Of a DNA stretch of 64,000 nt, positions 1 through 10,093 are shown piece after piece (within the stretch, counting starts at the first letter, position 1; every line of letters begins with the position of its first letter). Where the stretch lies: positions 1,280,001 through 1,344,000 of the forward strand of contig CAVUSO010000001.1 in NCBI GenBank assembly GCA_963744145.1, written 5' to 3'. The DNA comes from an uncultured cyanobacterium (GTDB lineage: Bacteria > Cyanobacteriota > Cyanobacteriia > Cyanobacteriales > CAWUOF01). A program made the position numbers and the translations under genes. Under the pieces are notes generated by a model. The model was not told the DNA's origin. It saw nothing but the letters and a program-made list of their open reading frames with translations, and did no database searches.

Positions 1-292
1 AAACTGAGTTAAGAGAGCTAGTCAACACCAAAATTTATTGAAAAAACGGGCCGAAATCCTCATTTTCTACTTATTGCTAATAATTATTAATAAACTAGAG
101 ATTGATGACCTGACCATCAAGGTTTAAAAACCTCTTTTTTGACGATAGTGGGCCAAAATTTCAGCTTTGATAGAGGTTTATTTCAGTAATTACGAATTGT
201 GACAGTTCAGGGTGCGGAATGTGGGCTATAGCTTATGTTTGACAAAAAGCAAGTCTTTGTGATCAAAACAATGTTAAGATTAAGAAATATTT

Positions 293-2191
293 TCAGGTGG
301 TTAAAACCACTTGGGTCGTTTCCCTCTCAGGTCTAAAGAACCTGAGTTTCCCACTTACCATGTGTTTTTTATGATCAACCGTGGGGCAGGGATAGCGTAA
401 TGGTTCAGTTCGCTTCTCCAGGCGAGCTTGGGTCATCCCACCCATACCAGGCGTGTGTTGGACAAAGGTTGCCCAGAGGGTGCGGTAGTCTTTCCATGCG
501 AGGGGAAAAGGCTGTGACCAGTATTCTGGTGGATGCTTCTGATCGAACTTCGCGGTCGCGTGCGCCAGATCAATCCAAATCTGCCAGTCGGGCCGAGATT
601 CTCCCACAGGGGGAACCACTTGCTTTTGCCAGCGGATTGCCCGATCGTCCCGACGCATATAAACGGTTTCCATCTCAAAGCCACTTGTAACTGGCAAAAT
701 AATATCAGCGTAGTAAGCTGACTCCTCCATAAACAAGCCGGTATAAACATAAAAATCTAATTGGCGATAGGCGGCTTGAACTTTCTGGTTACCAGCCGAA
801 GCCAGTAAGGGATTGCCCTGGGTAACCAAAGCTTTTAGTGGGTAGGGCTTGCCCGTCAGAATTGCCTCCGCCAAGTAATCAGGACCCACAGGTAAAGCCA
901 CATCTTTCGGCGGCACAGGGACAGCGATCGGTGGCAGGTTCAACCCACCGGGCCAGGTATTGTGCATAAAATTGCAGCCACCACCGGGAATGCCAATATT
1001 ACCGGTAATCGCTGCCAGGAAGGTTAAAGAACGATAGGTATCAAATGCACCGAGTTGGTGAGAAATCCCGGCATTACAAAAAATCGCCGCTGGTTTGGTG
1101 ACAGCATATGCCGTTGCCAGTTGACGGATTTTCACTTCAGGCACATCAGTTATTTCAGCAGCCCATTGAGTTGTGTATTTTTGGGCGATCAGATGGCGTT
1201 TGAGTAAGTCGAATCCTAATACCCATTTCGCCACAAAGTCAGCATCGTAGAGATTGTTGGTGACAATATGGTGCAACATACCCAACACCAATGCTAAATC
1301 AGTGTGGGGTTTGGGGGCAATCCATTCATCTGCTTGGGCACCAGTGGGGGTCAAGCGTGGATCAATTACCACCAACCTAGCCTTGGTTTGAGCGCGACTG
1401 CGGAGCAGGTAAGAAAATGTCACGGGATGGGTTTCGGCTTGGTTAGTACCCAAAAAGAGGAAGAATTTCGCTGCGCCTAAATCTTCTTTCCCCGTTGCAC
1501 CATCAACGCCATAGCCATTGGTGAAATTGCCCATCCCGAGGGTCCAGGCTAAGGCATTTCCCCCAGCATCGTTACACACTGGCCCCACATCGGTATCATT
1601 GGGACTCCCTAACAGGGTGAAGTATCGCCCAACTAACGATCCGGTGCCACGGGGCAGTCGGCCAGAAGTCTTGTTGGCGATCGCCCTAGCTTCTCCCCCA
1701 TCCCTCAATGCCAGGAATTTCTTCGCGATCGTTTCTAGAGCTTCATCCCAAGAAATGGGGGCAAACTGAGAATCGGACGCTCCTTTCTCACCTCCAACCC
1801 GCTTCAGCGGGTGAGTTAAGCGAAATCGGTTATACACCAATTGGGTCATCATCGGCCCTTTGACACAGAAGCCACCTGCTTGTACCGGATCATCGGGTTC
1901 CCCAACTACATCAATAATGCGACCATCTTTGACATGCACTTTCAAGCGACAAAGACTATTACAAAACTGACAAGCGCTATCAACAATCCGATCGGGTTGC
2001 AGTGCGCCCGATTGCTGGGTAAAGTCAAACTCCACCCCTGGAGTTTGACTCGCTGGATAAAACCCTTCACTAGCAACAGCCTCTACCCTATCCTGCTTCT
2101 TTAATAAGTCTGTGCTAGTTACGACTGCTGCACTGAGTGCAACTCCTTTGAGGAAGTCCCGCCGGGAGGAGCTTTTTTGATGAGATGACAT
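293..2191 (-). CDS. Tat-exported molybdopterin oxidoreductase (DMSO reductase family), probably 3'-truncated
   Basis: Tat motif SRRDFLK; 4Fe-4S motif CQFCNSLC...C; family motifs ISWDEAL, VVIDPR, ADIILP. Family-like sequence ends at ...YPCPTVDH (about nt 373), and no C-terminal molybdopterin-dinucleotide domain is visible. Confidence 0.8.
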   Translation of the reverse strand: MSSHQKSSSRRDFLKGVALSAAVVTSTDLLKKQDRVEAVASEGFYPASQTPGVEFDFTQQSGALQPDRIVDSACQFCNSLCRLKVHVKDGRIIDVVGEPDDPVQAGGFCVKGPMMTQLVYNRFRLTHPLKRVGGEKGASDSQFAPISWDEALETIAKKFLALRDGGEARAIANKTSGRLPRGTGSLVGRYFTLLGSPNDTDVGPVCNDAGGNALAWTLGMGNFTNGYGVDGATGKEDLGAAKFFLFLGTNQAETHPVTFSYLLRSRAQTKARLVVIDPRLTPTGAQADEWIAPKPHTDLALVLGMLHHIVTNNLYDADFVAKWVLGFDLLKRHLIAQKYTTQWAAEITDVPEVKIRQLATAYAVTKPAAIFCNAGISHQLGAFDTYRSLTFLAAITGNIGIPGGGCNFMHNTWPGGLNLPPIAVPVPPKDVALPVGPDYLAEAILTGKPYPLKALVTQGNPLLASAGNQKVQAAYRQLDFYVYTGLFMEESAYYADIILPVTSGFEMETVYMRRDDRAIRWQKQVVPPVGESRPDWQIWIDLAHATAKFDQKHPPEYWSQPFPLAWKDYRTLWATFVQHTPGMGGMTQARLEKRTEPLRYPCPTVDHKKHMVSGKLRFFRPERETTQVVLTT

Positions 2192-2349
2192 GGCAGATGC
2201 TTACTAGAGTGACACCAGAAAATATAATTTTATCCGATCGCTCTTAAGTTAGGCTGGAGAAAGGGAGGTATTTGAAAATGGGATGCCCTACCCTATCAAG
2301 AATTCCGAGTCGAGCAAAAGATTCATAGGATATACTTAGATTCTGATTA

Positions 2350-2745
2350 GTGCAGAAATTTGGTAACTCATTCGGGTTAGGCATTATCCAATTTATCACA
2401 GTTTCAGAATCAGCAGCAACTCAACAAGTACAATCCTTAATTAACCAAGCCCAACAAGAAATTTATGAGCCAATTTTCCAACAAAAAGTAATCGAATTAC
2501 TTGAAAAAATTATTGTTTACAAATTTCCCAAAAAAACTAGAGCGGAGTTAGAAGTGATATTTGACTTAACCGCAGGTCAACAACCCACATTTTATCAACA
2601 AGCCAAAGAAGAAGGGAAAATCGAAGCGAAATTAGAAATGATTTCAATCTTAGTTAGATTCGGATTTACTCCTGAACAAATTGCCCAAGAATTAGGATTA
2701 GAAATTAATCTAGTTAGTAAGTTTCTTGGCCATCAAAATAACTAA
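2350..2745 (+). pseudogene. C-terminal fragment of an Rpn/DUF2887-like putative transposase/nuclease
   Basis: IIVYKFPKKTRAELE...FYQQAKEEGKIEAKLE...EQIAQELGL is the typical C-terminus; the N-terminal half is absent. Confidence 0.55.
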
Positions 2746-2980
2746 ATTTTATTGCTGAAAATTAGCAGTAGTCAGAAACCATAATAAACACAATTAAATA
2801 CATTAGCACCTTTCAAAGCTATGTTTTCCTTTGCCTATCCAGTTCCTCAAAAAGGTCCTCCATGTCTACCTAAAGAAACCTTGCAGATATTTGTAGGTCA
2901 AACAGGTAAACTAGAAAAGTAGCGGATATCCGTACTTGACCAGATAGGGCATCCGCCAGCCGCAAAAACTAAAAAAAGGT

Positions 2981-2998
2981 AATGTAAAGAATTATAAC
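2981..2998 (-). promoter_or_regulatory. HLR1-like (RpaB) direct repeat upstream of the HLIP gene
   Basis: Minus strand reads GTTATAAT-TC-TTTACATT, close to HLR1 (G/T)TTACA(T/A)(T/A)-N2-repeat; lies just 5' of an hli gene. Confidence 0.5.
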
Positions 2999-3012
2999 CA
3001 ACCAGCACAACT

Positions 3013-3195
3013 ATGACTGAACCACAACCAACCACAACCCCGAAGCTACAAGAACCCAAGTTTGGCTTTAATAGTTATGCCGAAGTCATCAATGGTCGCG
3101 CGGCAATGATTGGCTTTATCGCGATGTTGATTATTGAAGGTCTAACTGGACAGGGACTATTATCCTGGTTGGGTCTAATCCCCTGGGACAAATAA
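3013..3195 (+). CDS. High-light inducible protein (HLIP/SCP)
   Basis: AEVINGRAAMIGF chlorophyll-binding motif, 60 aa. Confidence 0.92.
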   Translation: MTEPQPTTTPKLQEPKFGFNSYAEVINGRAAMIGFIAMLIIEGLTGQGLLSWLGLIPWDK

Positions 3196-3383
3196 CTCGT
3201 CCCAGCTCCAACGAGGACAACTATTTCTGGGTCGGGGAGGTGAGGAAATAGTTTCCACCTCCCGGAAATTAGCCAGTTTGATGGTAAGTAAGTTACATTT
3301 AAAATAGCTGCTCCAAAATCTAGACTTGCCTGTAAACTGTAGGTCTTAAGATTAACAGCTCAAGCTAGAAACCTAAATTAACT

Positions 3384-3683
3384 GTGATGAATATTGCATT
3401 ATCTCGCATTTTAAAGTCAGTCTACCGGAAAGAACCCCTCTCTAGCTTTATCATTACTGTAGGGGCTGTCGATGCAGTGATTGGTGGATTGGACGATCAG
3501 TGGGCTTTATTTTCCCTCGGCATCTTGGTCGTCGCGATCGCGATCGTTATCCGTGTATGGCAATCCCAGCGCCATCAAGTCCAGGAACATCAGCAAGCCC
3601 CAGAATACTATCTACCGTCCCATTCTTCCCGTCCACCTTTACCAATGCTTAGTCCCGCTAAAAAACACCCTCCTCATTATTAA
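3384..3683 (+). CDS. Conserved cyanobacterial membrane hypothetical protein
   Basis: Hydrophobic segments and a Pro-rich tail (YYLPSHSSRPPLPML). Confidence 0.7.
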   Translation: MMNIALSRILKSVYRKEPLSSFIITVGAVDAVIGGLDDQWALFSLGILVVAIAIVIRVWQSQRHQVQEHQQAPEYYLPSHSSRPPLPMLSPAKKHPPHY

Positions 3684-3904
3684 ACGAGATGATGCTTGCT
3701 GTCTATGGGCTAGAGACGATCGCCTAAAATTGCTTCTTGAATTTCCCTCAACTCCAGTTCCAGTCGGAATCAATCCGACCGGAATTAACTCTTATAAAGA
3801 TCAAGATGCTTTCGCCAAATTAGTCAAAGAATAGACTATGTGCATCTGTAATTGACGAGATAAATCTTTGTGTATATCCATTAAATCAATTGGGGGAAAT
3901 TTTG

Positions 3905-4291
3905 CTAAACCTTAGTTTTCCCTAACAATTTTTTCACAGTTTTTACCAATTCCTCTGGATGAAAAGGTTTAGAAATATAAGCATCAGCACCTTGCTTCAT
4001 TCCCCAGTAGCGATCGAACTCTTCCCCTTTACTTGTACACATCACAACAGGAATCTTGTTGGCGTAGGGGTCATTTTTCAACCAACGACAGAGTTCATAA
4101 CCATTCATTTTAGGCATAACCACATCAGTAATGACCAAATCAATCACCATGTTGGGAGCACTAGATTCAATTTTCTGCTTTGCTTCCATCCCATCACTTG
4201 CTTCAATTACATTTAGCCCACTATCTTTTAAACGCTTTACTACCATTTGTCGGGCAGCCATACTGTCATCTACTAACAAAATTGTACTCAT
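3905..4291 (-). CDS. CheY/PilH-like single-domain response regulator
   Basis: ILLVDDS...ITDVVMPKMNG...YISKPF. Confidence 0.9.
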   Translation of the reverse strand: MSTILLVDDSMAARQMVVKRLKDSGLNVIEASDGMEAKQKIESSAPNMVIDLVITDVVMPKMNGYELCRWLKNDPYANKIPVVMCTSKGEEFDRYWGMKQGADAYISKPFHPEELVKTVKKLLGKTKV

Positions 4292-4454
4292 AGTGTCCTA
4301 CCTACTTGGTTGTTTTATATAATATAAATGTACAGAGGATTAAATTGGCTCATAATGCTAATATGCCATAAATGCAATCCAGGGATAGGTATTTCAGTTT
4401 AATAATTGACTACCTGTAGTCTCCTTCCTAGACTTAAAAAGCTTAACATTTTTT

Positions 4455-4703
4455 CTAGACTCTTTGATTCACCAATTTTTTTTCTAATCCCAGGGACAGA
4501 AACCTTTGAAAATAAAAAGGGAAGAGAACCATTTTCCTCTTCCCTTTTCGTTTTTCTTGTCCTTGTCCTTCCTTAATTTCAGACTTTAGCCTTTTGCGTA
4601 ACATTTGGGTTTGTTTTTTGAGCTGTCTTTGACGAGCAGAACCCCCAGAGCCTTTATCATTTCTACCTGATCGACGAGGAGACTCCCATCTTTTTAAGCG
4701 CAT
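4455..4703 (-). CDS. Small basic hypothetical protein
   Basis: ATG preceded by AAGGAG; K/R-rich N-terminus. The 3' extent is uncertain. Confidence 0.55.
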   Translation of the reverse strand: MRLKRWESPRRSGRNDKGSGGSARQRQLKKQTQMLRKRLKSEIKEGQGQEKRKGKRKMVLFPFYFQRFLSLGLEKKLVNQRV

Positions 4704-4803
4704 ATATTACTCCTTTACCAAGACCAGCTTTTTTAACCAGGCTTCAATCTCAACAGAGACATAACAGCAACATGGGGACTGAGTTACTGTTTTGACCTGA
4801 GAG

Positions 4804-4885
4804 TGGGCGAGGAGAGAATCGAACTCTCATACCTTTCGGTGCCACATTTTGAGTGTGGTGCGTCTACCAGTTTCGCCACCCGCCC
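4804..4885 (-). tRNA. trnL: tRNA-Leu (CAA)
   Basis: Reverse complement GGGCGGGTGGCGAAACTGGTAGACGCACCACACTCAAAATGTGG...GTTCGATTCTCTCCTCGCCCA; long variable arm, anticodon CAA. Confidence 0.95.
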
Positions 4886-5738
4886 TTGAAGTCGGTTTCT
4901 TCATTATACACCATAGATCGATTTTTTAGCAAGCATTGATAATCTTTACTACTTGCCCAGAGATCAATTTCTCTAGCTCGCAATACGGGGACAGGATGAG
5001 TTAACTGCTCAGTTTGCATTTGCTTGAGGAGCTGACCAATTTCCGTGATGCTAATTTGATCATAGGCTCGAGCTTGGGCTAAAAAAGCATCGAGATTAAG
5101 TTGAGCAGCGATCGCGGGGAGCCCCCAGCTAACTTCATCAATACAGAACTGACCACTCGCGGGTTTTGAGTAGCTAAGAGAGCTGCGCGATCGCAAGTAA
5201 ATTCAGCACAACGCAACCATTCTAAAATTTGGGATTGCCAACCTTGAGCGATCGCCGGACCCAACAAAGGTAACTGACCAGCAGCCAACATAATTAAATT
5301 AGCTAAAGTCAAATAAACCCCATGGTCACATTTTAAGTGACCAAGTTCATGAGCAATCACAGCCTGAGTTTCTGCGGGAGTCAGCAAATCTAGCAGAGAA
5401 GTGTGCATCACAATAAAAGGTTGTTTTCCTCGCATCGCAAAGGTATAAGCATTCGGAACAGGATGTTGACGCACATAAAGCTGGGGTGGTTCGAGATCCA
5501 AAATCTGACAAGCTTCGAGCAGCAATTGATGCAGATCGGGAAGCTGTTTTTCTGTCACCAACACACTTGAAGCAATATTTTCCAGATAAAAAAACTGTTC
5601 TCCCAATGGTCCGACTAATTGCCGAACTAATAAATCCAGCCCTGCTAATTGCTTGAGAGCATTAGTAGCTTCTAAATCTAGGGGATGACGAAATTGGTTA
5701 GAAGTTAACCCAATCAAAGGGATTTTGACAAAAGTCAT
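4864..5738 (-). pseudogene. M48 (HtpX-like) Zn metallopeptidase with a 1-nt frameshift near 5116-5119
   Basis: HELGH and EFTCDRAA motifs in 5079..5738; the C-terminus continues in the frame of ORF 4864..5196. Adding one C to the C4 run gives a continuous ...LAGGSPAIAAQLNLDAF. Confidence 0.8.
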
Positions 5739-5846
5739 GCTGAAAAAATCACTAAAAAGTTTTTAATGCCAGTCAATTTGTCAAATTTTAACATTTATTG
5801 ACTAACGTTGATTTCCGTTGTCCTCCTCAGCAACACTATTTATTTT

Positions 5847-6545
5847 ATGCACCAGAAAACACTTGTGCCGAGCGCTTGCCATGAGCGTAGTCGAAGGGTA
5901 GTCGAGGCATTACAGATATTTCATCGTCAATCTCCCGTGAGTGTGCTTGGTCCTGGTCAGCGAGCTGTTGTGTGGGTACAGGGCTGTCAGTTTGCTTGCA
6001 AAAACTGTATTGTCCCTGATTCTTGGGATGAGAAAGGTGGAGAATTGGTAACAGTAGCAGAGTTAAGCGATTGGATCTTAGCACAACCTGGAATAGAGGG
6101 TGTTACATTCTCTGGAGGGGAACCGATGCTACAAGCTGAGGCGCTATCTAAGCTGGTAGAATGTGTGAGAAATAAATCCAATTTAGGGGTAGTATGTTAT
6201 ACAGGCTATCGCTTAGAGCATCTACAACAGCAAGGGACATCAGCCCAGCAAGCCTTATTGCACCAAATTGACTTGTTAATAGATGGAGTTTATCTCGAAC
6301 AACAACATAGAGACTTACTGTGGAGAGGATCTGCTAATCAACGATTATTGCCATTAACAGAACGCTATCAAGCACTAATTGCTAATCTGCTTGATCAGGG
6401 CGATCGCTCAGTAGGACTAGAGTTTTTTATGGAAGAAACTGGAGAACTTGGGTTTGTGGGAGTACCTAATCAACCAGGTTTTTACCAAGAGTTTGTATCT
6501 CGAATGTTAAATCGTGGAGTAATGATCAACCCGATCAAACAATAA
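5847..6545 (+). CDS. NrdG-like radical SAM (glycyl-radical activase-like) protein
   Basis: VWVQGCQFACKNC (CxxxCxxC), GVTFSGGEPMLQ, IDLLIDG, WRGSANQR. The start is uncertain (ATG 5847 or TTG 5808). Confidence 0.85.
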   Translation: MHQKTLVPSACHERSRRVVEALQIFHRQSPVSVLGPGQRAVVWVQGCQFACKNCIVPDSWDEKGGELVTVAELSDWILAQPGIEGVTFSGGEPMLQAEALSKLVECVRNKSNLGVVCYTGYRLEHLQQQGTSAQQALLHQIDLLIDGVYLEQQHRDLLWRGSANQRLLPLTERYQALIANLLDQGDRSVGLEFFMEETGELGFVGVPNQPGFYQEFVSRMLNRGVMINPIKQ

Positions 6546-6565
6546 AGTTCTTGCAAAAATAACTA

Positions 6566-6630
6566 GGACAGGCAAGATGCCTGTCCCACAACAAAAAAAA
6601 ACTCTTGTGGGACAGGCATCTTGCCTGTCC
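6566..6630. repeat. Perfect inverted-repeat pair (REP doublet-like)
   Basis: GGACAGGCAAGATGCCTGTCCCACAA ... TTGTGGGACAGGCATCTTGCCTGTCC, 26-bp arms. Confidence 0.85.
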
Positions 6631-6684
6631 AATAAATTGATCAACATGACTTTTGCCTTCTTGTCTAATAAAGTTCAGTCAACC

Positions 6685-6754
6685 GTAGGGGCGAAGCATT
6701 CGGGCGACAACTAATCGGATCAGCCCGTTAACACTATATCCGAATGCTTCGCCC
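6685..6754 (+). repeat. GTAG-type REP-like hairpin, family A
   Basis: GTAGGGGCGAAGCATTCGG...CCGAATGCTTCGCCC; the same element occurs at 14340, 14923, 17748 and 20938. Confidence 0.85.
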
Positions 6755-6821
6755 ATTCTTTGCCGATATCCCCCAAAATACTCTTAAGTGAACCATATTG
6801 CCCGATAAAGGAGAAAAACTG

Positions 6822-8111
6822 ATGAGTGGTAGTCCAAAACATACCCCAGCAGAGTTAGAAAGACGAAGACAGGAACAGCTAGAAAAAGAACGACAACGTA
6901 AAGCCAAAGAAGAAGCAAGACAAAGAGCAGCAGCAGCAGAGAGAGAAAGACTTCAGCGGTTGGAGACTCTCAGAAACCAGTTAATTGCCCAAGTTCAGGC
7001 GATCGCTTCACAAGTGCAGCAACAACAAAATAATATATATAGTGAGGATGGAACAGCACTCCAGAAACGCTGTCAGAATTTGCGTGATACTCTGGGTCAA
7101 GCCCAAACCGAATCTCAACTCCAGAAGATAGCCCAAGCATCACCTCAGATTGAACAAGATTTGCATAAAGCGGTTAGTCGCAAACGTCGAGATGAGGAGG
7201 AGAAAAAGCGACGGTTAGAATTAGAAAAACAACAGTTTGAACTAGAGGAATTAGAGCGACAAATTTCTCAAATTCCTAAAGCGGATGCAACTAAATTTGA
7301 TGCTAATGGATATGCAACAGTACAGCAAGCAATTGGAACAGTAAAAACCGCGATCGCAAGTAGTAATCCGGAAAGCGTCCGCGCACCCCTAGCTAATGCT
7401 ATAAAAGCATTACAAGATCATACCAATTTAGTAATCCAACATCGAACCGAATGGCTGCAACGTAAAGCTGAAGCGGAACAAGCTATTGGTGAACTTCAAG
7501 CATTTATTGTGGGATTAAGAGCTGATCCAGTAGTGATGCGGTGGCACGGACATACTATAACTGAATTGGAAACTCAAGCACAAACAGCAGTGCAAGCCTT
7601 AGCAGCAGAACAGTTTGAGCAACCCGCCAATATTCTAGCAGTAGCCCAGACGCGAGGACAGCAAATCGTAGAAGAAGCTAATGCCGAGCAAATTAAAGCT
7701 GACCAACGGGATTATATTGCTACCAGTATTGCTCAAACCTTGCAAGACATGGGTTTTATCGTTAGTCCTCCTCAAGCTGAATATGCTGATCATCCAAAAA
7801 CAGCCATGATTTTAAAAGCAGCTACTGCTTCAGGTAAAGGAATTAGTGTCAGTGTTCCAGTAGAAGGTGAAGTCTGGTACGACGTAGATGGATATACCAA
7901 AAGTACCGAAGCAGTTGTTGGTGGTGGTAATGCTGCGGTATGCGATGAAGCGGAACAGGTTTTAACCGATATGCACACTGCTTTAGAGGCAGAATTTGGC
8001 GTTAAAATGGGTGAAATTTCTTGGGAAGGAAAAGACCCTAACCGCAAACCGCGTAAAGCGGATGGACTACCTAATAACGATCAACAGCAGGGTAGAGGAG
8101 GTAATCGATGA
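6822..8111 (+). CDS. Coiled-coil protein with a small C-terminal alpha/beta domain (possibly DUF2997-like)
   Basis: AAGGAG RBS then ATG at 6822; long E/Q/R/K heptad region; C-terminal ISVSVPVEGEVWYDVDG...VCD...LEAEFGV. Confidence 0.75.
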   Translation: MSGSPKHTPAELERRRQEQLEKERQRKAKEEARQRAAAAERERLQRLETLRNQLIAQVQAIASQVQQQQNNIYSEDGTALQKRCQNLRDTLGQAQTESQLQKIAQASPQIEQDLHKAVSRKRRDEEEKKRRLELEKQQFELEELERQISQIPKADATKFDANGYATVQQAIGTVKTAIASSNPESVRAPLANAIKALQDHTNLVIQHRTEWLQRKAEAEQAIGELQAFIVGLRADPVVMRWHGHTITELETQAQTAVQALAAEQFEQPANILAVAQTRGQQIVEEANAEQIKADQRDYIATSIAQTLQDMGFIVSPPQAEYADHPKTAMILKAATASGKGISVSVPVEGEVWYDVDGYTKSTEAVVGGGNAAVCDEAEQVLTDMHTALEAEFGVKMGEISWEGKDPNRKPRKADGLPNNDQQQGRGGNR

Positions 8112-10093
8112 ATAGCTCAACTCCCACATCTTCCCGCTGGATTCTCGAATTTGAGAAACAAGTCCATCGCCGTCTGCATATTGTTTTGTATGGTAATATT
8201 CACGACCAGTTTCTCTGGCGCGGTAATTATCAAAATATCCACGAATTTCTCACCGCATACTTTCAAGACTTAAACTTTGAGCTAATTCTTCGGTATGACC
8301 CCATAGATGGGTTTAATTTTGTCAATCCAAAAATGAGACAGGGATTTGATGAATTAGTACGAAGTGGGGTAGCTAAACGGAACCCAGATTTAGGACAAAA
8401 TCCCCCAGTACCTTCACCAGCTCCAAATCCAATGGCACCTCCTCCAAGAGCTAATCCGGGTGCTGTGGGTCCTTCCCTAAATACTAGAGTCTCACCAGAG
8501 GATGCTTTTGGTAATTTGCGAGCTGTCGTATCTCAATCTAAAACTTCAGTAGCTGCAATTGTTGATTTAGGAGATATGCTCACCTCTGATCCAAGTCGCT
8601 ATATTGCTGAAGAGCGAAACGCTTTGGTGTTACTGAATAAATGCACCCTAGAAGCATCTGTGATCAGAGAGGGGGCTTTGAGCGGTTATCGCAATACTTT
8701 GGTGATTTTAGCTAGGGATTTGAAACGGGTGCCAGAGTGGTTTCATCAAAATAATCCCTTTGTCGGGATGGTGCAAATGTCGCGTCCCAATAAAGACGAA
8801 CGATGTCAGTTTATGATGCGTTTTTTCCAGGGATTTTATGAAGGCGATCGCATCAATACTAAACGCTCTTCTCCTCAAGCACCTTCAGAGCTAGAAATTC
8901 TCGCAGAAGAATTTGCTGATCTCACCGAAGGCTTTCGAGCAATGGATTTAGATGCGTTGCGTGCGACTTCTTGGCGTGAGCGCATTCCTCTCCGTGTTAA
9001 AGAAGTCTGGCGGTTAGTGGACTTTTTTAAATTTGGTCTACGGGATGATCCTTGGGAGCAGTTAAGCCCCGAAAAAGTTCGCTCTGCTAGAGAACAACTT
9101 TCTCGCACTGTGATTGGTCAACCTCGTGCAGTTGAATCTGTTACTACTATGCTCACTAGCGCAAGGGTGGGATTGAGCATAAGTAGTAGTGGTCGTAGTG
9201 GCAAACCTAAAGGTATTTTCTTTTTTGTTGGTCCGACAGGAGTTGGCAAAACTGAACTAGCCAAAGCTATGACCAAATTAGTGTTTGGCGATGAGCGATC
9301 GTTTGTCCGTTTTGATATGAGTGAGTACAAAGAAGAACACGCGGCTGAGAAATTAGCAGGCGCTCCTCCCGGTTTTGTGGGTTATGAAGAAGGGGGACAG
9401 CTAACCAATCGCGTGATTGAGCAGCCCTATAGTATTTTGCTGTTTGATGAAATTGAAAAAGCTCATCCCAAGGTGTTAGATAAGTTTTTGCAAATTTTAG
9501 AAGATGGAAGGCTTACTGATGGTAAAGGACAGACTGCTTATTTCAACCAAACTGCAATTATTTTTACTAGCAATATCGGCGCATCGGATTTAACTGATCC
9601 TCAGACAGGTGCGATCGTTCGGTGTGGGATTATGAACAAAGTGCAGCAAGGAAATACTAATGATTTCTCTTACGAAGAGGTAGAAAATCACTTCCGAACT
9701 GAAGTAGATTGGCACTTTACCAGTCGCATTGGTCGGGCGGAACTGCTCAACCGTTTGGGTGATAATATTGTGGTATTTGACTTGCTACGTCCAGATTTTG
9801 TGACTTTAATTGGGCAGAAGTTTTTACGACAACTATCAGATACAGCTCAGGAAAAGTACCGACTCAATTTAAACTTTTTGCCTTCAGTTCTAGATGTTTT
9901 GAGGGTGCGGATGGAACAAGGTAACAATTTACTATTCGGAGGAAGACGGATTAAAACCCTTTTAGAATCATTAGTGGAACGTCCCCTCAATAGTTGGATT
10001 TTTCAAAATTGCCCTGAAACCAGTAAATTAGCAGGGGGCACATTGAGGATTGGGATGACAGTTGATGGATGTTTAGAGGTGACTCATGTTTGA
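8108..10093 (+). CDS. ClpA/ClpB-like AAA+ ATPase (one intact D2-type module, degenerate N-terminal module)
   Basis: Walker A GPTGVGKT, RFDMSEY, pore loop GAPPGFVGY, Walker B LLFDEIEK; ATGA overlap with the upstream gene. Confidence 0.9.
   Translation: MNSSTPTSSRWILEFEKQVHRRLHIVLYGNIHDQFLWRGNYQNIHEFLTAYFQDLNFELILRYDPIDGFNFVNPKMRQGFDELVRSGVAKRNPDLGQNPPVPSPAPNPMAPPPRANPGAVGPSLNTRVSPEDAFGNLRAVVSQSKTSVAAIVDLGDMLTSDPSRYIAEERNALVLLNKCTLEASVIREGALSGYRNTLVILARDLKRVPEWFHQNNPFVGMVQMSRPNKDERCQFMMRFFQGFYEGDRINTKRSSPQAPSELEILAEEFADLTEGFRAMDLDALRATSWRERIPLRVKEVWRLVDFFKFGLRDDPWEQLSPEKVRSAREQLSRTVIGQPRAVESVTTMLTSARVGLSISSSGRSGKPKGIFFFVGPTGVGKTELAKAMTKLVFGDERSFVRFDMSEYKEEHAAEKLAGAPPGFVGYEEGGQLTNRVIEQPYSILLFDEIEKAHPKVLDKFLQILEDGRLTDGKGQTAYFNQTAIIFTSNIGASDLTDPQTGAIVRCGIMNKVQQGNTNDFSYEEVENHFRTEVDWHFTSRIGRAELLNRLGDNIVVFDLLRPDFVTLIGQKFLRQLSDTAQEKYRLNLNFLPSVLDVLRVRMEQGNNLLFGGRRIKTLLESLVERPLNSWIFQNCPETSKLAGGTLRIGMTVDGCLEVTHV

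Noticed and set aside
400..2104. Short antisense or alternate-frame ORFs inside long genes (throughout the window)
   Set aside because: They overlap well-supported CDSs and have no motifs of their own.
4804..5800. tRNA-Leu(CAA) as the island integration site
   Set aside because: No integrase or duplicated tRNA 3' end, and the island lies on the tRNA's 5' side beyond another gene.
8108..10093. clpB, or T6SS clpV suggested by FHA/PP2C/kinase neighbours
   Set aside because: Only one intact Walker A, no recognisable Clp N-domain, and no T6SS structural genes in the window.
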